From: Gemmatimonas sp.
Lineage (GTDB): Bacteria; Gemmatimonadota; Gemmatimonadetes; Gemmatimonadales; Gemmatimonadaceae
Assembly: GCA_965279375.1 (NCBI GenBank)
Contig: OZ257156.1
Coordinates: 1,088,001-1,152,000, forward strand
Direction of reading: 5' to 3'
Length of the DNA stretch: 64,000 bases
This document shows, in pieces, positions 8,867-18,658 of this stretch (positions are counted from its first letter, which is position 1; every line of letters begins with the position of its first letter). The position numbers and the translations under genes were made by a program. Under the pieces are notes generated by a model, which saw nothing but the letters and a program-made list of their open reading frames with translations, made no database searches and was not told the origin of the DNA.

Positions 8867-10225
8867 CTATTTCATCGCCGAGTACACGAGCGTCTTGAAG
8901 ATCTCGCCCACACGCGCCGTCGAGCCGTAGATGTTGGTGTAGACCAGCGCGACGAGCTGCTCCTTGGGATCGGCCCAATAGGTCGTGGCAAACGCGCCAC
9001 CCCAGTTGAACGCACCGATGCTTGCCGGCGAGGCAAAATCGTTCTGCGGCGTTTCCACGGCGAAGCCCAATCCAAACGCCGGCTGCAGCGTACCGATCTG
9101 ATTGGTGAGCATCATGTCCACCGTCTTGCGACTCAGCACGCGCACACCATCCAGTTCGCCGCCGTTCAGGAACATCTGCAGAAAGCGCGCATAGTCCGAG
9201 ATCGTGCCCGAGAGTCCCGCGCCACCGGAGAAGTAGCCGATCCCGCGGTTCGGATAGTCGGGATGCACGTCGGTCGTCTGCGTGTGTGAGGCGGAAAGCT
9301 TACCCTCCGTTTCCGCGTGCAACGCCACCAATCGTGCCTGCTTGTCCTTCGGCAATGCAAACCAGGTGTCGTTCATCTTGAGCGGCACGAAGATGCGCGT
9401 GCGGAAGAACTGATCGAGCGGCATCCCCGAGAGCACTTCTACCAGACGGCCAAGCACATCGATGCTCAGGCCATAGGTGAACCGTTCGCCCGGTTCATGC
9501 TTGAGCGGCAGCGTGGCGAGAATGCGCATCTTGTCCGCAAGCACAGCGCCGTCGGTGCCGATTCCCGAGGGAACGCCGGCCTTGGCGTAGACGGCGCGGA
9601 ACTCCTCGCTGCCGATCGACGGATAGTCGAGCCCCGACGTATGCGTGAAGAGTTGGCGAATGGTGATGCGACGTGCTGCCGGTCGCGCCTCGTAGCTCGA
9701 ATCCGCCGCGTTGAACTTCGTCAGCACCTTCATGGTGCGGAATTCGGGCAGATACAGCGACACCGGATCGTCGAGCTGGAACTTCCCCTCTTCCCAAAGA
9801 ATCATCGCAGCGAGCGAAGTGATCGCTTTCGTCTGCGACGCCATGCGGAAGATGTCGTCCGTACGTTGTGGCGCACCGGTGCCCAGGTCACGCGTACCGA
9901 ACGCCTTGCTGTAGACGACTTTCCCACCGCGAGTGATCAGCGCGACTGCGCCGGGAATCTTCTTGTTGATAACCATCCGCTGCAGTGCGGAATCGATGAG
10001 CGCCAATCGCGCCGGCTCGAATCCAAACGCGCGTGCTTCAGCAGCCGAACTCGCCTGCGCCTTCGCCACGCGAAATGCCACCGTCTGCGGCACGAGGGCG
10101 AGGAGGATCGGAAGCGCGACACGTGCTGCGCGACGCGACAGCACCGACGTGGCAGTGCGACGGCTGCACAGGCGCGGACCGCTGGGCAGCGACGAGGGCG
10201 GTAACGAGGACAACAACGAGGGCAT
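8867..10225 (-). CDS. Serine hydrolase, beta-lactamase class C-like (start uncertain)
   Basis: FRMASQTK (SxxK), LFTHTSG, PGERFTYG, GGAGL, FNWGG. Confidence 0.9.
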   Translation of the reverse strand: MPSLLSSLPPSSLPSGPRLCSRRTATSVLSRRAARVALPILLALVPQTVAFRVAKAQASSAAEARAFGFEPARLALIDSALQRMVINKKIPGAVALITRGGKVVYSKAFGTRDLGTGAPQRTDDIFRMASQTKAITSLAAMILWEEGKFQLDDPVSLYLPEFRTMKVLTKFNAADSSYEARPAARRITIRQLFTHTSGLDYPSIGSEEFRAVYAKAGVPSGIGTDGAVLADKMRILATLPLKHEPGERFTYGLSIDVLGRLVEVLSGMPLDQFFRTRIFVPLKMNDTWFALPKDKQARLVALHAETEGKLSASHTQTTDVHPDYPNRGIGYFSGGAGLSGTISDYARFLQMFLNGGELDGVRVLSRKTVDMMLTNQIGTLQPAFGLGFAVETPQNDFASPASIGAFNWGGAFATTYWADPKEQLVALVYTNIYGSTARVGEIFKTLVYSAMK

Positions 10226-10362
10226 GGACGCTCGGGGCGGAGGGAAGCCCAAACGTCATGTCCCGCACCAGTCTCAGCAAGCGTTTCGATGTCGTCCGCC
10301 GGACCGTTACAGCCGTCTGGCGTACCCGCCGGTCTTCCAGACCTCGACGCCCGCCTGCGAGC

Positions 10363-11286
10363 CTAGGCGCCGGCGGGCACAGCCAGCACGGCACAGCGCG
10401 CGGTCCGCAGAACGCGCGTGGCCACGGAACCCACCACCAGCCGTTCGATGAAGCTGTGTCGCTGGGTGCCGACGGCGATCAGGTCGGCATTCGCCTGTTG
10501 GGCCACCGCCAACAGCGCCGGCGCCGGATCCCCGCGCACGGTCACCGTCTCCACCGTCACGCCAGCCGGCGCGTTGAGATGCGCCCGCACCTTGTCGAAC
10601 AGGGGCGGCAGTGTGCGACCGTAGTCCGCGTCCCACGCCTGCCAGTCCGCCGAGGGATGCTCGAACCGGGGCCGCACATGCACCAAGGTCAGCTTGCCCG
10701 TCGGGCCAACGAGACGCAGTGCCAGATGTGCCGCGTGAATGCTCGCGTCGCTGAAATCGAGGCCGATCACCGCCTGCTGCGGCGGCACCGCGAAGCGCGC
10801 CCCAACCGCCAGCACCGGCACCGAGGACTCCCGCAGCGTGGCCAGCGTCGTTTCCGTGCCGAACAGTCGATCGAGCGGATTGTGCCGACCGATGCCCATC
10901 ACCAGCAGCGACGCTCCACGCCGAGCCGCTTCGGTGGCCAGCACACGGGGCGGCGGCCCCACCAGCACCTCAGACGGCCAGGATGGCGCCGCTGCCACCG
11001 CGATCGACACGGCTCGGCGCACGTCCTCCAGCATCGACAGGCGACGCATTTCGTCGAGCTCGAGCGGGACTGGCAGCGCGTCCATACCCGCAGCGACGCC
11101 AGGTGTCGGTGCGCAGACGCCGACGACCTGGATGGACGCATCGAACGCACCGGCCGCGCACTGCGCCGCCGCAAAGAGCGCTTCCTGCGCTGCCGCCGCA
11201 CCGTCACAGGCCACGACGATCGGGCCACCATGCAGATGTACGTCGTGCGTCAGATCGGAATGCGCGTGGTGTTCCATGACCGACAT
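10363..11286 (-). CDS. Tandem-domain universal stress protein
   Basis: IVVACDG...LLVMG...LFGTET and VIGLDFS...ADLIAVG...VGSVATRVLR USP motifs; GGAGGG RBS. Confidence 0.92.
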   Translation of the reverse strand: MSVMEHHAHSDLTHDVHLHGGPIVVACDGAAAAQEALFAAAQCAAGAFDASIQVVGVCAPTPGVAAGMDALPVPLELDEMRRLSMLEDVRRAVSIAVAAAPSWPSEVLVGPPPRVLATEAARRGASLLVMGIGRHNPLDRLFGTETTLATLRESSVPVLAVGARFAVPPQQAVIGLDFSDASIHAAHLALRLVGPTGKLTLVHVRPRFEHPSADWQAWDADYGRTLPPLFDKVRAHLNAPAGVTVETVTVRGDPAPALLAVAQQANADLIAVGTQRHSFIERLVVGSVATRVLRTARCAVLAVPAGA

Positions 11287-11496
11287 GGTGGGACCCTCCG
11301 TGGCAGGCGCGCGCGTCATCGGAATCGTTGCGACGCGACACAGGAAGAGGGTCGCACTTTGCAACGCCGCGCTCTATCGGGGAGACCGGCGCGCTCCGTC
11401 AGGGAAAGACGGACATTGCGGCGCGGAATCACGCTCGCCGAAACCGCCTTTCCCTCAGGCGGCGTCCCGCGCCTCGCGTCTCGCGCCTCGCGCCGG

Positions 11497-12858
11497 CTAC
11501 AGCGCCCAGCGCATCGAGCGAGCGACGGCATCCAGCAACCGCTGCACCAGCGGTCGCCTGGCCCACGCGGCGGGGAGTATCTCCTGGCTGCAGCGCAGGT
11601 CGTCTATAAAGGACTGCTCCAGCGCTCCGGCAAACCCGTCGTCGAGCAGCAGCAGGTTGCACTCCGCATTGAGCCAGAAGGAACGAAAGTCGAGGTTGCT
11701 CGATCCGATGACACTCGCGTGTGCATCGACGACCAGCGTCTTCGCATGCAAGGTGGCCGTTTGGTATTCGTAGATGCGTACGCCACTCGCGAGCAACGGC
11801 GCATACGCGCCATGCGCGGCACGACGTGCCAGCGCGACATCGGTTTTCTCACCGGGCAGCAGCAGTCGCACATCCACGCCGCGGCGCGCCGCACGCATCA
11901 GCAAACGCAGCGCGCGCGTTGGCGGTGCGAAGTACGGTGTGGTCACCCACAAGCGTTTGCGGGCACCACCTACCATCGCGGCCATCACCGCCATCATCTC
12001 GCGCTGCCCTCGACCTGGCCGAGAATCGAGCACGAGCACCGCGCGATCCGTCTCCTCCACGGCCGACGCGGCACGCGCCACGCGGCGCCCGCGTTTGCGA
12101 TCGCGGCGCAGCGCGATGCGTCGCTCCACGCGGGCGCGAAGGGCCTGCGCACTGAACGCCCGCATGCTTGCCAATGGCGGTACCTCGATCCCATCGCTCC
12201 ACGACACGTACTCCAACCCCGGCAACGCCGGACCCGCGGCGCGATCCCACCCTTCGGCGAACACCGCCGCGAGTTCCTGCGCCACGGTGCCTTCGATCCG
12301 CATGAACGTGTCGCGCCACGCACCACCGTGCGTGCGAAGAGAGGAGCCATACTCCTCGCCGATGTTCATGCCACCCGTGAATGCCACCGCTCGATCGACG
12401 ACGATGATCTTGCGATGATCGCGACGCAGCGCTTCGAACGGCAGATGCCAGAAGCGATGAAAGTGACGCAGCACAACACCACCCGCTTCCAGTGCGCGCC
12501 AGAACGCATCCTTCGTTGCGAAGGACCCGATCGCATCGGCCAGCACATACACGCGTACGCCACGCTGCACCGCCGAAATCAGCGCCTGCTGCACTTGGGT
12601 GCCGATGCGATCATCGCGCAGGATGTACGTCTCGAGCAGAATCTCGTCGCGCGCGTCCGCCAGTGCGTCGAGCACCGCATCGAAGGCCTCCGCGCCGTCC
12701 ACCAGCAGCGTGGGCGCCGGCGCGGCGTGGTACTGACCGCGCTCGATGCGCTGCACCAACTCCATGAACGCATCGTCCCGCACGCCGGCTGGGATCGCTT
12801 GTGCCAGCGCCCACGCGCGATAGCGCCGCAACTCGCGTGGCAGTGGTTCAGTAGCCAT
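11497..12858 (-). CDS. Cardiolipin synthase / phospholipase D family (ClsB-like)
   Basis: Two HKD motifs HRKIIVVD..FTGGMNIG and HAKTLVVD..IGSSNLD. Confidence 0.92.
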   Translation of the reverse strand: MATEPLPRELRRYRAWALAQAIPAGVRDDAFMELVQRIERGQYHAAPAPTLLVDGAEAFDAVLDALADARDEILLETYILRDDRIGTQVQQALISAVQRGVRVYVLADAIGSFATKDAFWRALEAGGVVLRHFHRFWHLPFEALRRDHRKIIVVDRAVAFTGGMNIGEEYGSSLRTHGGAWRDTFMRIEGTVAQELAAVFAEGWDRAAGPALPGLEYVSWSDGIEVPPLASMRAFSAQALRARVERRIALRRDRKRGRRVARAASAVEETDRAVLVLDSRPGRGQREMMAVMAAMVGGARKRLWVTTPYFAPPTRALRLLMRAARRGVDVRLLLPGEKTDVALARRAAHGAYAPLLASGVRIYEYQTATLHAKTLVVDAHASVIGSSNLDFRSFWLNAECNLLLLDDGFAGALEQSFIDDLRCSQEILPAAWARRPLVQRLLDAVARSMRWAL

Positions 12859-12866
12859 GTTGCGGC

Positions 12867-13235
12867 ATGAGCCTATTCATACGCCTGCTCGTCAATGCGG
12901 TTGCCCTGTGGTGTGCCGCGCGCTTCATCGATGGGATCAGCTACACGGGAAGCTGGCCGGGACTCGTGGGCCTGTCACTGGTCTTCGGCATCGTCAACGT
13001 ATTCATCCGACCAGTGCTGTCGTTCTTTTCCTTTCCGCTGCAGCTGCTCACCCTCGGCCTGTTCACGCTGGTCCTGAACGCGCTGATGTTGATGCTCACC
13101 GGTTGGCTGGCGGCGCGCTTCGACATCGCCTTCGCTGTGCGCGGTTTCGTCCCAGCACTCCTCGGCGCGATCGTGGTCAGCCTGGTCAGTATGGTACTCG
13201 GCGCGTTCTTCTCGTCGGGGGACGACGAAGACTGA
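12867..13235 (+). CDS. 4-TM 'phage holin family' membrane protein (YvlD-like)
   Basis: GIVNVFIRPVL..FSFPL.LLTLGLF.LVLNA signature. Confidence 0.9.
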   Translation: MSLFIRLLVNAVALWCAARFIDGISYTGSWPGLVGLSLVFGIVNVFIRPVLSFFSFPLQLLTLGLFTLVLNALMLMLTGWLAARFDIAFAVRGFVPALLGAIVVSLVSMVLGAFFSSGDDED

Positions 13236-13269
13236 CCCTGAGAGCGCCGCTGGCCGTGGTCGGCGGCGC

Positions 13270-13324
13270 TTGACAGCACCGGGCATTGGGCCGTAGCGTC
13301 CGATCAAAGTCATCGTATGACTTT
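13270..13324 (+). promoter_or_regulatory. sigma70-type promoter plus palindromic GntR/FadR operator
   Basis: TTGACA (13270-75), 18 nt, TAGCGT (13294-99); AAAGTCAT-cgt-ATGACTTT (13306-13324). Confidence 0.7.
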
Positions 13325-13356
13325 ATCAGCAGATCACGTGCTCCAAGTCGACCGTT

Positions 13357-14094
13357 ATGACCAACATGTCGCGGCTCCCCCCGTCGATCGCGCCACTCAG
13401 GCGTTCGACGCTCCCCAATGACCTCGCCGACCGGATCAAGCTGCTGATCCAGCGCGACCGCTACACACCCGGCGACCGGCTCCCGTCCATCGCCGCTCTC
13501 GCCCGCGACTTCGGGGTGGGCGCCCCGACGGTGCGCGAAGCGCTCAAACGGCTCGAGATGGCGGGGGTAGTCAGCATTCGCCACGGCTCCGGCGTGTACG
13601 TCAGCCAGGATGACGACGCTCTTCTCATGACTAATCCGGTGTTCACCGGCACGGTCTCCAAGAAGCTGCTGCTCGACCTCATCGAGGCCCGCATCGCCAT
13701 CGAGGTCACCAGCGCCGGACTCGCCGCGCGCAAGGCGACCGACCTGCAACTCGACGACCTCGCGCAGCTGCTCGATCAGGCCGCGCGGCACATCGACGAC
13801 GACGAGATCCTCAATCGCACCAACATGGCGTTCCATCGCGCCATCGCCATCGCCTCCGGCAACGTCGTCTTTCGGCAGCTTTTTGAAGTGCTGACCAACC
13901 TCTTCACCGACGAACAGCGCGCCATCCTCGACATCCAGAATGCGCGCGCCACCGATCTCGACGAGCACACGGCGATTCTCGAGGCGCTGCGCACGCACAA
14001 CGTCGAAGGCGCGCGCTCGCTGATGAAGCAGCATCTCGAAAAAGTCCGCGCCGATCTCGAGCAGTGGGATCCGACCACGCACCCCATCCGATGA
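13357..14094 (+). CDS. FadR/GntR family transcriptional regulator
   Basis: PGDRLPS..LA..FGVG..TVREAL wHTH; FCD domain (EARIAIE, NMAFH, EH..I). Confidence 0.94.
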   Translation: MTNMSRLPPSIAPLRRSTLPNDLADRIKLLIQRDRYTPGDRLPSIAALARDFGVGAPTVREALKRLEMAGVVSIRHGSGVYVSQDDDALLMTNPVFTGTVSKKLLLDLIEARIAIEVTSAGLAARKATDLQLDDLAQLLDQAARHIDDDEILNRTNMAFHRAIAIASGNVVFRQLFEVLTNLFTDEQRAILDIQNARATDLDEHTAILEALRTHNVEGARSLMKQHLEKVRADLEQWDPTTHPIR

Positions 14095-14915
14095 TGACTC
14101 CCTCCACAGACCTCTTCGATCTGTCCGGTCGCGTCGCGATCGTGACGGGCGGCTATGGCGTGCTTGGCAGCAGCATGGCGCACGCGCTCGCCGCCGCTGG
14201 TGCGCGCGTCGTCATTCTTGGCCGCCGCGCCGATGCCGCCGATGCCGTCGTCCAATCCATTCGTGCCGCCGGCGGTGAAGCCATGACGGCGCTGGCGGAC
14301 GTGGTGGACGAAGACGCACTGCGCGCCGTACGCACGGAGATCCTCGCTTCCTGGGGACGCATCGACATTCTCGTAAATGCCGCCGGTGGCAACGTCGCGC
14401 GTGCGCGCAGCGACAACGCGCTCCCATTCGGCATTCCACTCGATGCGTTCGACGAAGTGCTGCGCCTCAATCTGCACGGCACGGTGCTTCCCTCGTTGAT
14501 CCTGGGTGAGGCCATGGCCGAGCAAGGGCGCGGATGCATCATCAACATTTCGTCGATGGCGTCCACGCAAGCGTTGAGCGGCGTGATGGGCTACTCCGCC
14601 GCGAAGGCGGCCGTGGAGAACTTCACCAAGTGGCTCGCCGTCGATCTCGCACGCCGGTGCGGCGATGGTCTTCGCGTCAACGCGATCTCGCCCGGCTTCT
14701 TTCTCGCCACGCAGAATCGCGCCGTGCTCGTGAACGCCGATGGTTCGTGGACGCCGCGTGCGACGGCCGTTCTCGCCAAGACACCGATGGGTCGCTTCGG
14801 CAGTCACGCCGAGCTCAATGGTGTGCTTCGCTTCCTTTGTAGCGACGCGGCATCGTTCGTGACCGGCGCGGTGATTCCGGTCGATGGCGGCTTCAGCGCC
14901 TTCTCGGGGGTCTGA
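14091..14915 (+). CDS. uxuB: SDR oxidoreductase, probable D-mannonate (fructuronate) oxidoreductase
   Basis: TGGYGVLG, NAAGGN, YSAAK, NAISPGFF..QNR; coupled to uxuA. Confidence 0.8.
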   Translation: MMTPSTDLFDLSGRVAIVTGGYGVLGSSMAHALAAAGARVVILGRRADAADAVVQSIRAAGGEAMTALADVVDEDALRAVRTEILASWGRIDILVNAAGGNVARARSDNALPFGIPLDAFDEVLRLNLHGTVLPSLILGEAMAEQGRGCIINISSMASTQALSGVMGYSAAKAAVENFTKWLAVDLARRCGDGLRVNAISPGFFLATQNRAVLVNADGSWTPRATAVLAKTPMGRFGSHAELNGVLRFLCSDAASFVTGAVIPVDGGFSAFSGV

Positions 14916-15952
14916 TGCGGATGGCCTTTCGTTGGTACGGACCACACGATCCCGTACCCCTCGCGCACATTCGACAGATACCGGGCGTCACCGGCATCGT
15001 CAGCGCCGTCTACGACGTGCCCGTTGGCGACGCGTGGACCGCGGATCACGTCGCGCGCTTGCGCGACACGATCAACGCGGCAGGACTCGACTTCGCCGTC
15101 GTCGAAAGCATCCCGGTACACGAGTCGATCAAGCTGGGCGATGCCGACCGCGATCGTCTCATCGATGCATACTGCGAAAGCGTCGTCAACGTCGGTGCAG
15201 CGAACGTCCCGGTGGTGTGCTACAACTTCATGCCCATCTTCGACTGGACGCGCACCAATCTCGCGTTTCCCCTACCGGACGGCTCCACCACACTCACCTA
15301 CAGCGACGCCGCCCTCTCGCGCATCGATCTGTCGCGCGGCACCGGCGAACTGCCCGGATGGAGCACGGCTTACGATGCCGATGCGCTCGCATCGCTGCTG
15401 GCGCGCTGGCGCGCCGTCGACGCCGAACAGCTGTGGGAGAACCTCGCCTACTTTCTCGAACGCGTCGTTCCCGTGGCCACATCCGCCGGCGTGAACATGG
15501 CGATCCATCCGGACGATCCCCCATGGTCGATCTTCGGACTGCCGCGCATCATCACCAGCGCTGCCGCACTTCGGCGGTTCCTGACGCTCGTCGATCAGCC
15601 AGCGAACGGACTCACCTTCTGCACTGGTTCGCTGGGCTCTGCCGCCGACAACGATCTTCCCGCGATGGTGAACGAGTTCGCTGCCATGCGCCGCATTCAC
15701 TTCATGCACTGCCGCAACGTGAAGCGCACCGGCGAACGCGCCTTCGATGAAGTGGCGCATCCGAGCCGCTTCGGCGATGTGGACATGCGCGCCGTGCTCG
15801 CCGCACTACACAAACACGGCTACGCCGGACCGATGCGCCCCGATCACGGTCGTATGATCTGGGGTGAACAGGGACGCCCCGGCTACGGACTGCACGATCG
15901 CGCACTCGGCGCGATGTATCTGCAAGGAGTGTGGGAAGGGCTCGCTGGCTGA
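14915..15952 (+). CDS. uxuA: Mannonate dehydratase
   Basis: FRWYG, VESIPVHE, CYNFMPIFDWTRT, AIHPDDPPW, MRPDHGR, PGYGLHDRALG. Confidence 0.97.
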   Translation: MRMAFRWYGPHDPVPLAHIRQIPGVTGIVSAVYDVPVGDAWTADHVARLRDTINAAGLDFAVVESIPVHESIKLGDADRDRLIDAYCESVVNVGAANVPVVCYNFMPIFDWTRTNLAFPLPDGSTTLTYSDAALSRIDLSRGTGELPGWSTAYDADALASLLARWRAVDAEQLWENLAYFLERVVPVATSAGVNMAIHPDDPPWSIFGLPRIITSAAALRRFLTLVDQPANGLTFCTGSLGSAADNDLPAMVNEFAAMRRIHFMHCRNVKRTGERAFDEVAHPSRFGDVDMRAVLAALHKHGYAGPMRPDHGRMIWGEQGRPGYGLHDRALGAMYLQGVWEGLAG

Positions 15953-15997
15953 TCGCGTGACAGCGATGCTCAGCGCGCACGTCGTCTCCTCGATGCC

Positions 15998-16555
15998 ATG
16001 GATCCTGCAATGTGTTACACGCGCGCGCTGAGTGCCGCCCTGCTGTTGATGTTGCCGAACATCGCCGCTGCACAGCGTGCGGCGCGTGAGCCGTCAGTCG
16101 ACGTCGCCGCGATTCGTCGAGCACGTGCGCAGTTCAACGACGCCATCACGCAGCGCGACCTCGAGTCCATGGCCCGCGTACTCGCACCCGGCTATCACCT
16201 CGTCACCGGCCGCAGCGCGCAATCACATGGTGCGGACTCCGCGATGGCGCGTTGGCGCAGCAGCTTCGCCGGAGACAGCGCGTATGGCTGTGTGCGCACA
16301 ACGCTGCGTGTGCAGGTGAATCGCGCGTGGGGACTCGCCGAGGAGTCGGGCAATTGGCGATGCCGCATCGGTCTTGGTGGCCCGTCCGTCGCGACCGGCA
16401 GTTATACCGCCAAATGGCAGCGCGACACGGCAGGGCGTTGGCGCATTCAGGTGGAGGTGTTCACGACCCTCGCCTGCACCGGCACGCCAGCGGGTTGTGT
16501 GCCGCCGGATCCGATTCCTGCCGATTCATCGACCGCCGGATCGCGGCGCGACTGA
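15998..16555 (+). CDS. Exported NTF2-like (DUF4440/SnoaL-type) protein
   Basis: Signal peptide; AIRRARAQFNDAI...LAEESG.W...GSYTAKW...WRI pattern. Confidence 0.75.
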   Translation: MDPAMCYTRALSAALLLMLPNIAAAQRAAREPSVDVAAIRRARAQFNDAITQRDLESMARVLAPGYHLVTGRSAQSHGADSAMARWRSSFAGDSAYGCVRTTLRVQVNRAWGLAEESGNWRCRIGLGGPSVATGSYTAKWQRDTAGRWRIQVEVFTTLACTGTPAGCVPPDPIPADSSTAGSRRD

Positions 16556-16627
16556 CGCGACTGACAGGATGCCCGGGAACCCTCGCGCTAAAGTCCTGCG
16601 GCGAGCTGCCGATACCCCGTAACGCAC

Positions 16628-16724
16628 CTCTGTTGTCCGAAAAGAGCACCCCGCCGGTGACGGCGGTCCGCAGAGCCAGCCAACTCACGCTCAGGTGAGT
16701 CCGGGCGGTCGCCGAAGCACGGAG
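16628..16724 (+). ncRNA. c-di-GMP-I (GEMM)-like riboswitch aptamer, A20 variant
   Basis: P1 CTCTGT/ACGGAG; GAAAAG-A-GCAC; P2 CCGCCG-GTGA-CGGCGG (GNRA loop); CCGCAGAGCC junction; P3 with ACTCAC/GTGAGT; ends GGTCGCCGAA; 40 nt upstream of an ATG. Confidence 0.7.
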
Positions 16725-16764
16725 TCTTTACCCGGGGCCACGCAGGCACCGGGGGGTTCGTTGC

Positions 16765-18384
16765 ATGGATCGGACGACATTCGCCCATCTCAGGAGCGTT
16801 GTCGTGAAGCACGCAAAATTGTTGTCAGTCTCATTGGGCCTGTGCTTTGTCGCAGGCTGTTCCGATAGTCCTACCAAGGCCCCGGCGTCGAATCCGACGT
16901 CGCTGCCGTCATCCTATCTCGTGCTGCTACGAGATACCGTTGCTAGCGCTGCGAGCGTTACAGCCAAAGCCATGTCCGCCGCAACGTCCAACAACATCGG
17001 CACCGCACCAAACACCGGCGGCGCTCGCGTCGTCGTCACAGAAGACGATGTAGAAGTGCTGGCGTCACTACACGCGGCCGTCGTCTCCGTCACACCGGAT
17101 CAGGTCGATCGTCTGCGAGCCGATCCGAGCGTGGAAGCCGTCGAGCCGATTCGCCCCGTCACGCTTTTCGCCGCCAGTCTGTTGACGACGCGCTCATGGG
17201 GACTCGATCGCATCAACCAGGCCGCACTACCTCTCGACGGGAAGACCACGCGCTTCGGCGGCGATGGCCAGGGCGTGCGTATCGCCATCTTCGATAGCGG
17301 CATTCGCTGGACGCACTCCGAAGTGGCGGGCCGCGTGGTGGGCGGGTACGACGCATTCACGAATGCCCCGAAGACCAGCGGTGATCCGCACGGCCACGGC
17401 ACGCTCGTCGCGTCGCTCGCCGCCGGCACGTCCTACGGCATCGCGACAGCCGCCACGCTGCTCGACGTGCGCGTCATGAATGCGGCTGGCTCCGGCAGCT
17501 CACTCGAACTCGCCCGCGGCGTTGACTGGGTGATCGCCGAGAAGAAGCGCGTCGCCGGTCCGATGGTCGCCAACATGAGCCTCGGCTACGCGGGCGGCAG
17601 CACCGTCATCGATGCACTTGTTGATCGTCTGCGCGCTGCTGGCATTGTGGTGGTCGTCGCCGCGGGCAACAACGGCGGCGATGCGTGCAACGTCTCACCC
17701 GCCCGCGCGCCGGGAGCGATCACCGTGGGTGCGTCGGCCGGTGGTGCGCTGGACACGCGTCCCGCATACTCAAACGGCGGCGCCTGCGTGGACCTCAGCG
17801 CGCCGGGCGACGCCATTCCCGGCGCTGGCGCTGCCGGCGATGCGACGCTCGTCATGGCGTCCGGCACGTCGATGGCCTCGCCGTTCGTGGCTGGTGCCGC
17901 TGCCGCGTACCTCGCGGTGAACAAGACAGCCACACCGGATGCCGCCGCCGCGTGGATCATCGCCGAAAGCACCGTCGGAAAGCTCAGCGGCCTGCTCCCC
18001 AACACGAGCAATCGACTGCTCACGTTGCAGCGTTTGCCCGGCCTGACTGCGCCAACGACAACCCCTGCACCCGTTCCAACACCTGCACCCGCTCCGACTC
18101 CGACGCCGACCATGCCGGCACCGGCGAGCACATTCACGCTCACCACATCGTGCGTCGCGCGCGTCTGCACCATCGATGCGTCTGTCCCCACCAACGTGAC
18201 CGCCGCGAACGCGACAACAGTCGTCTACACGTGGACGCTCACGGGAGTCGGCACCTCCGTCGGCACCAACCTGCGTCGCATGGTGATCACCTTCGGCTCG
18301 GCGGCAACACTCCCGCTTACCGTCACCGCGAAACTCGGCACCACAACGCTCGGCACCGCAACCACCACGCTCACGGTGAAGTAG
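16765..18384 (+). CDS. S8 subtilase (proteinase K/aqualysin-like), probable lipoprotein with I9 propeptide, PT linker and C-terminal beta domain
   Basis: VAGC lipobox; SWGLDRI; catalytic IFDSG, HGHGT, AAGN, SGTSMASP. Confidence 0.93.
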   Translation: MDRTTFAHLRSVVVKHAKLLSVSLGLCFVAGCSDSPTKAPASNPTSLPSSYLVLLRDTVASAASVTAKAMSAATSNNIGTAPNTGGARVVVTEDDVEVLASLHAAVVSVTPDQVDRLRADPSVEAVEPIRPVTLFAASLLTTRSWGLDRINQAALPLDGKTTRFGGDGQGVRIAIFDSGIRWTHSEVAGRVVGGYDAFTNAPKTSGDPHGHGTLVASLAAGTSYGIATAATLLDVRVMNAAGSGSSLELARGVDWVIAEKKRVAGPMVANMSLGYAGGSTVIDALVDRLRAAGIVVVVAAGNNGGDACNVSPARAPGAITVGASAGGALDTRPAYSNGGACVDLSAPGDAIPGAGAAGDATLVMASGTSMASPFVAGAAAAYLAVNKTATPDAAAAWIIAESTVGKLSGLLPNTSNRLLTLQRLPGLTAPTTTPAPVPTPAPAPTPTPTMPAPASTFTLTTSCVARVCTIDASVPTNVTAANATTVVYTWTLTGVGTSVGTNLRRMVITFGSAATLPLTVTAKLGTTTLGTATTTLTVK

Positions 18385-18626
18385 CGACGGCGTTGCATCG
18401 CACAAACGCGCCCTCGACGACGCCGAACGTGAGTCGCTGAGCCTTGGTCTCACCGACGGCGTCGGACACGGGGGCGCGAAGTGTGAATCGCGGCGGTATT
18501 CGGAACGACCGCGGCCCTTCGGTTCAATCGCGACCGAAGGCATGTGCGGTACCGTTCGAGTTGACTCTCCCCTTCGCCGGCCGGCAAGACAGCCTGTTCA
18601 GCATCTGCTCTGGGGGTGCATTACAT

Positions 18627-18646
18627 TGTACCGATCGTTCCACGAA
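18627..18646. promoter_or_regulatory. Degenerate TetR operator (autoregulatory)
   Basis: TGTACCGATCGTTCCACGAA matches 13 of the first 14 nt of the palindrome at 19265. Confidence 0.65.
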
Positions 18647-18658
18647 TCGGAGAGGTCT

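Noticed and set aside
8867..10225. True beta-lactamase resistance gene
   Set aside because: Lacks YxN and KTG (has YGL and WGG); typical of the esterase/peptidase branch
10033..12870. 945-aa plus-strand ORF (also 57471-58787, 58634-61144, 49080-50909, 35045-36577)
   Set aside because: Arg/His-rich shadow frames antisense to well-supported genes; expected in high-GC DNA
12867..13235. Prophage signalled by a 'phage holin'
   Set aside because: YvlD-like family is commonly chromosomal; no phage genes nearby
16640..16724. Glycine riboswitch (CTCAGG and GCCGAAG present)
   Set aside because: Motifs are in the wrong order and there is no GGAGA; the GEMM-I fold fits better
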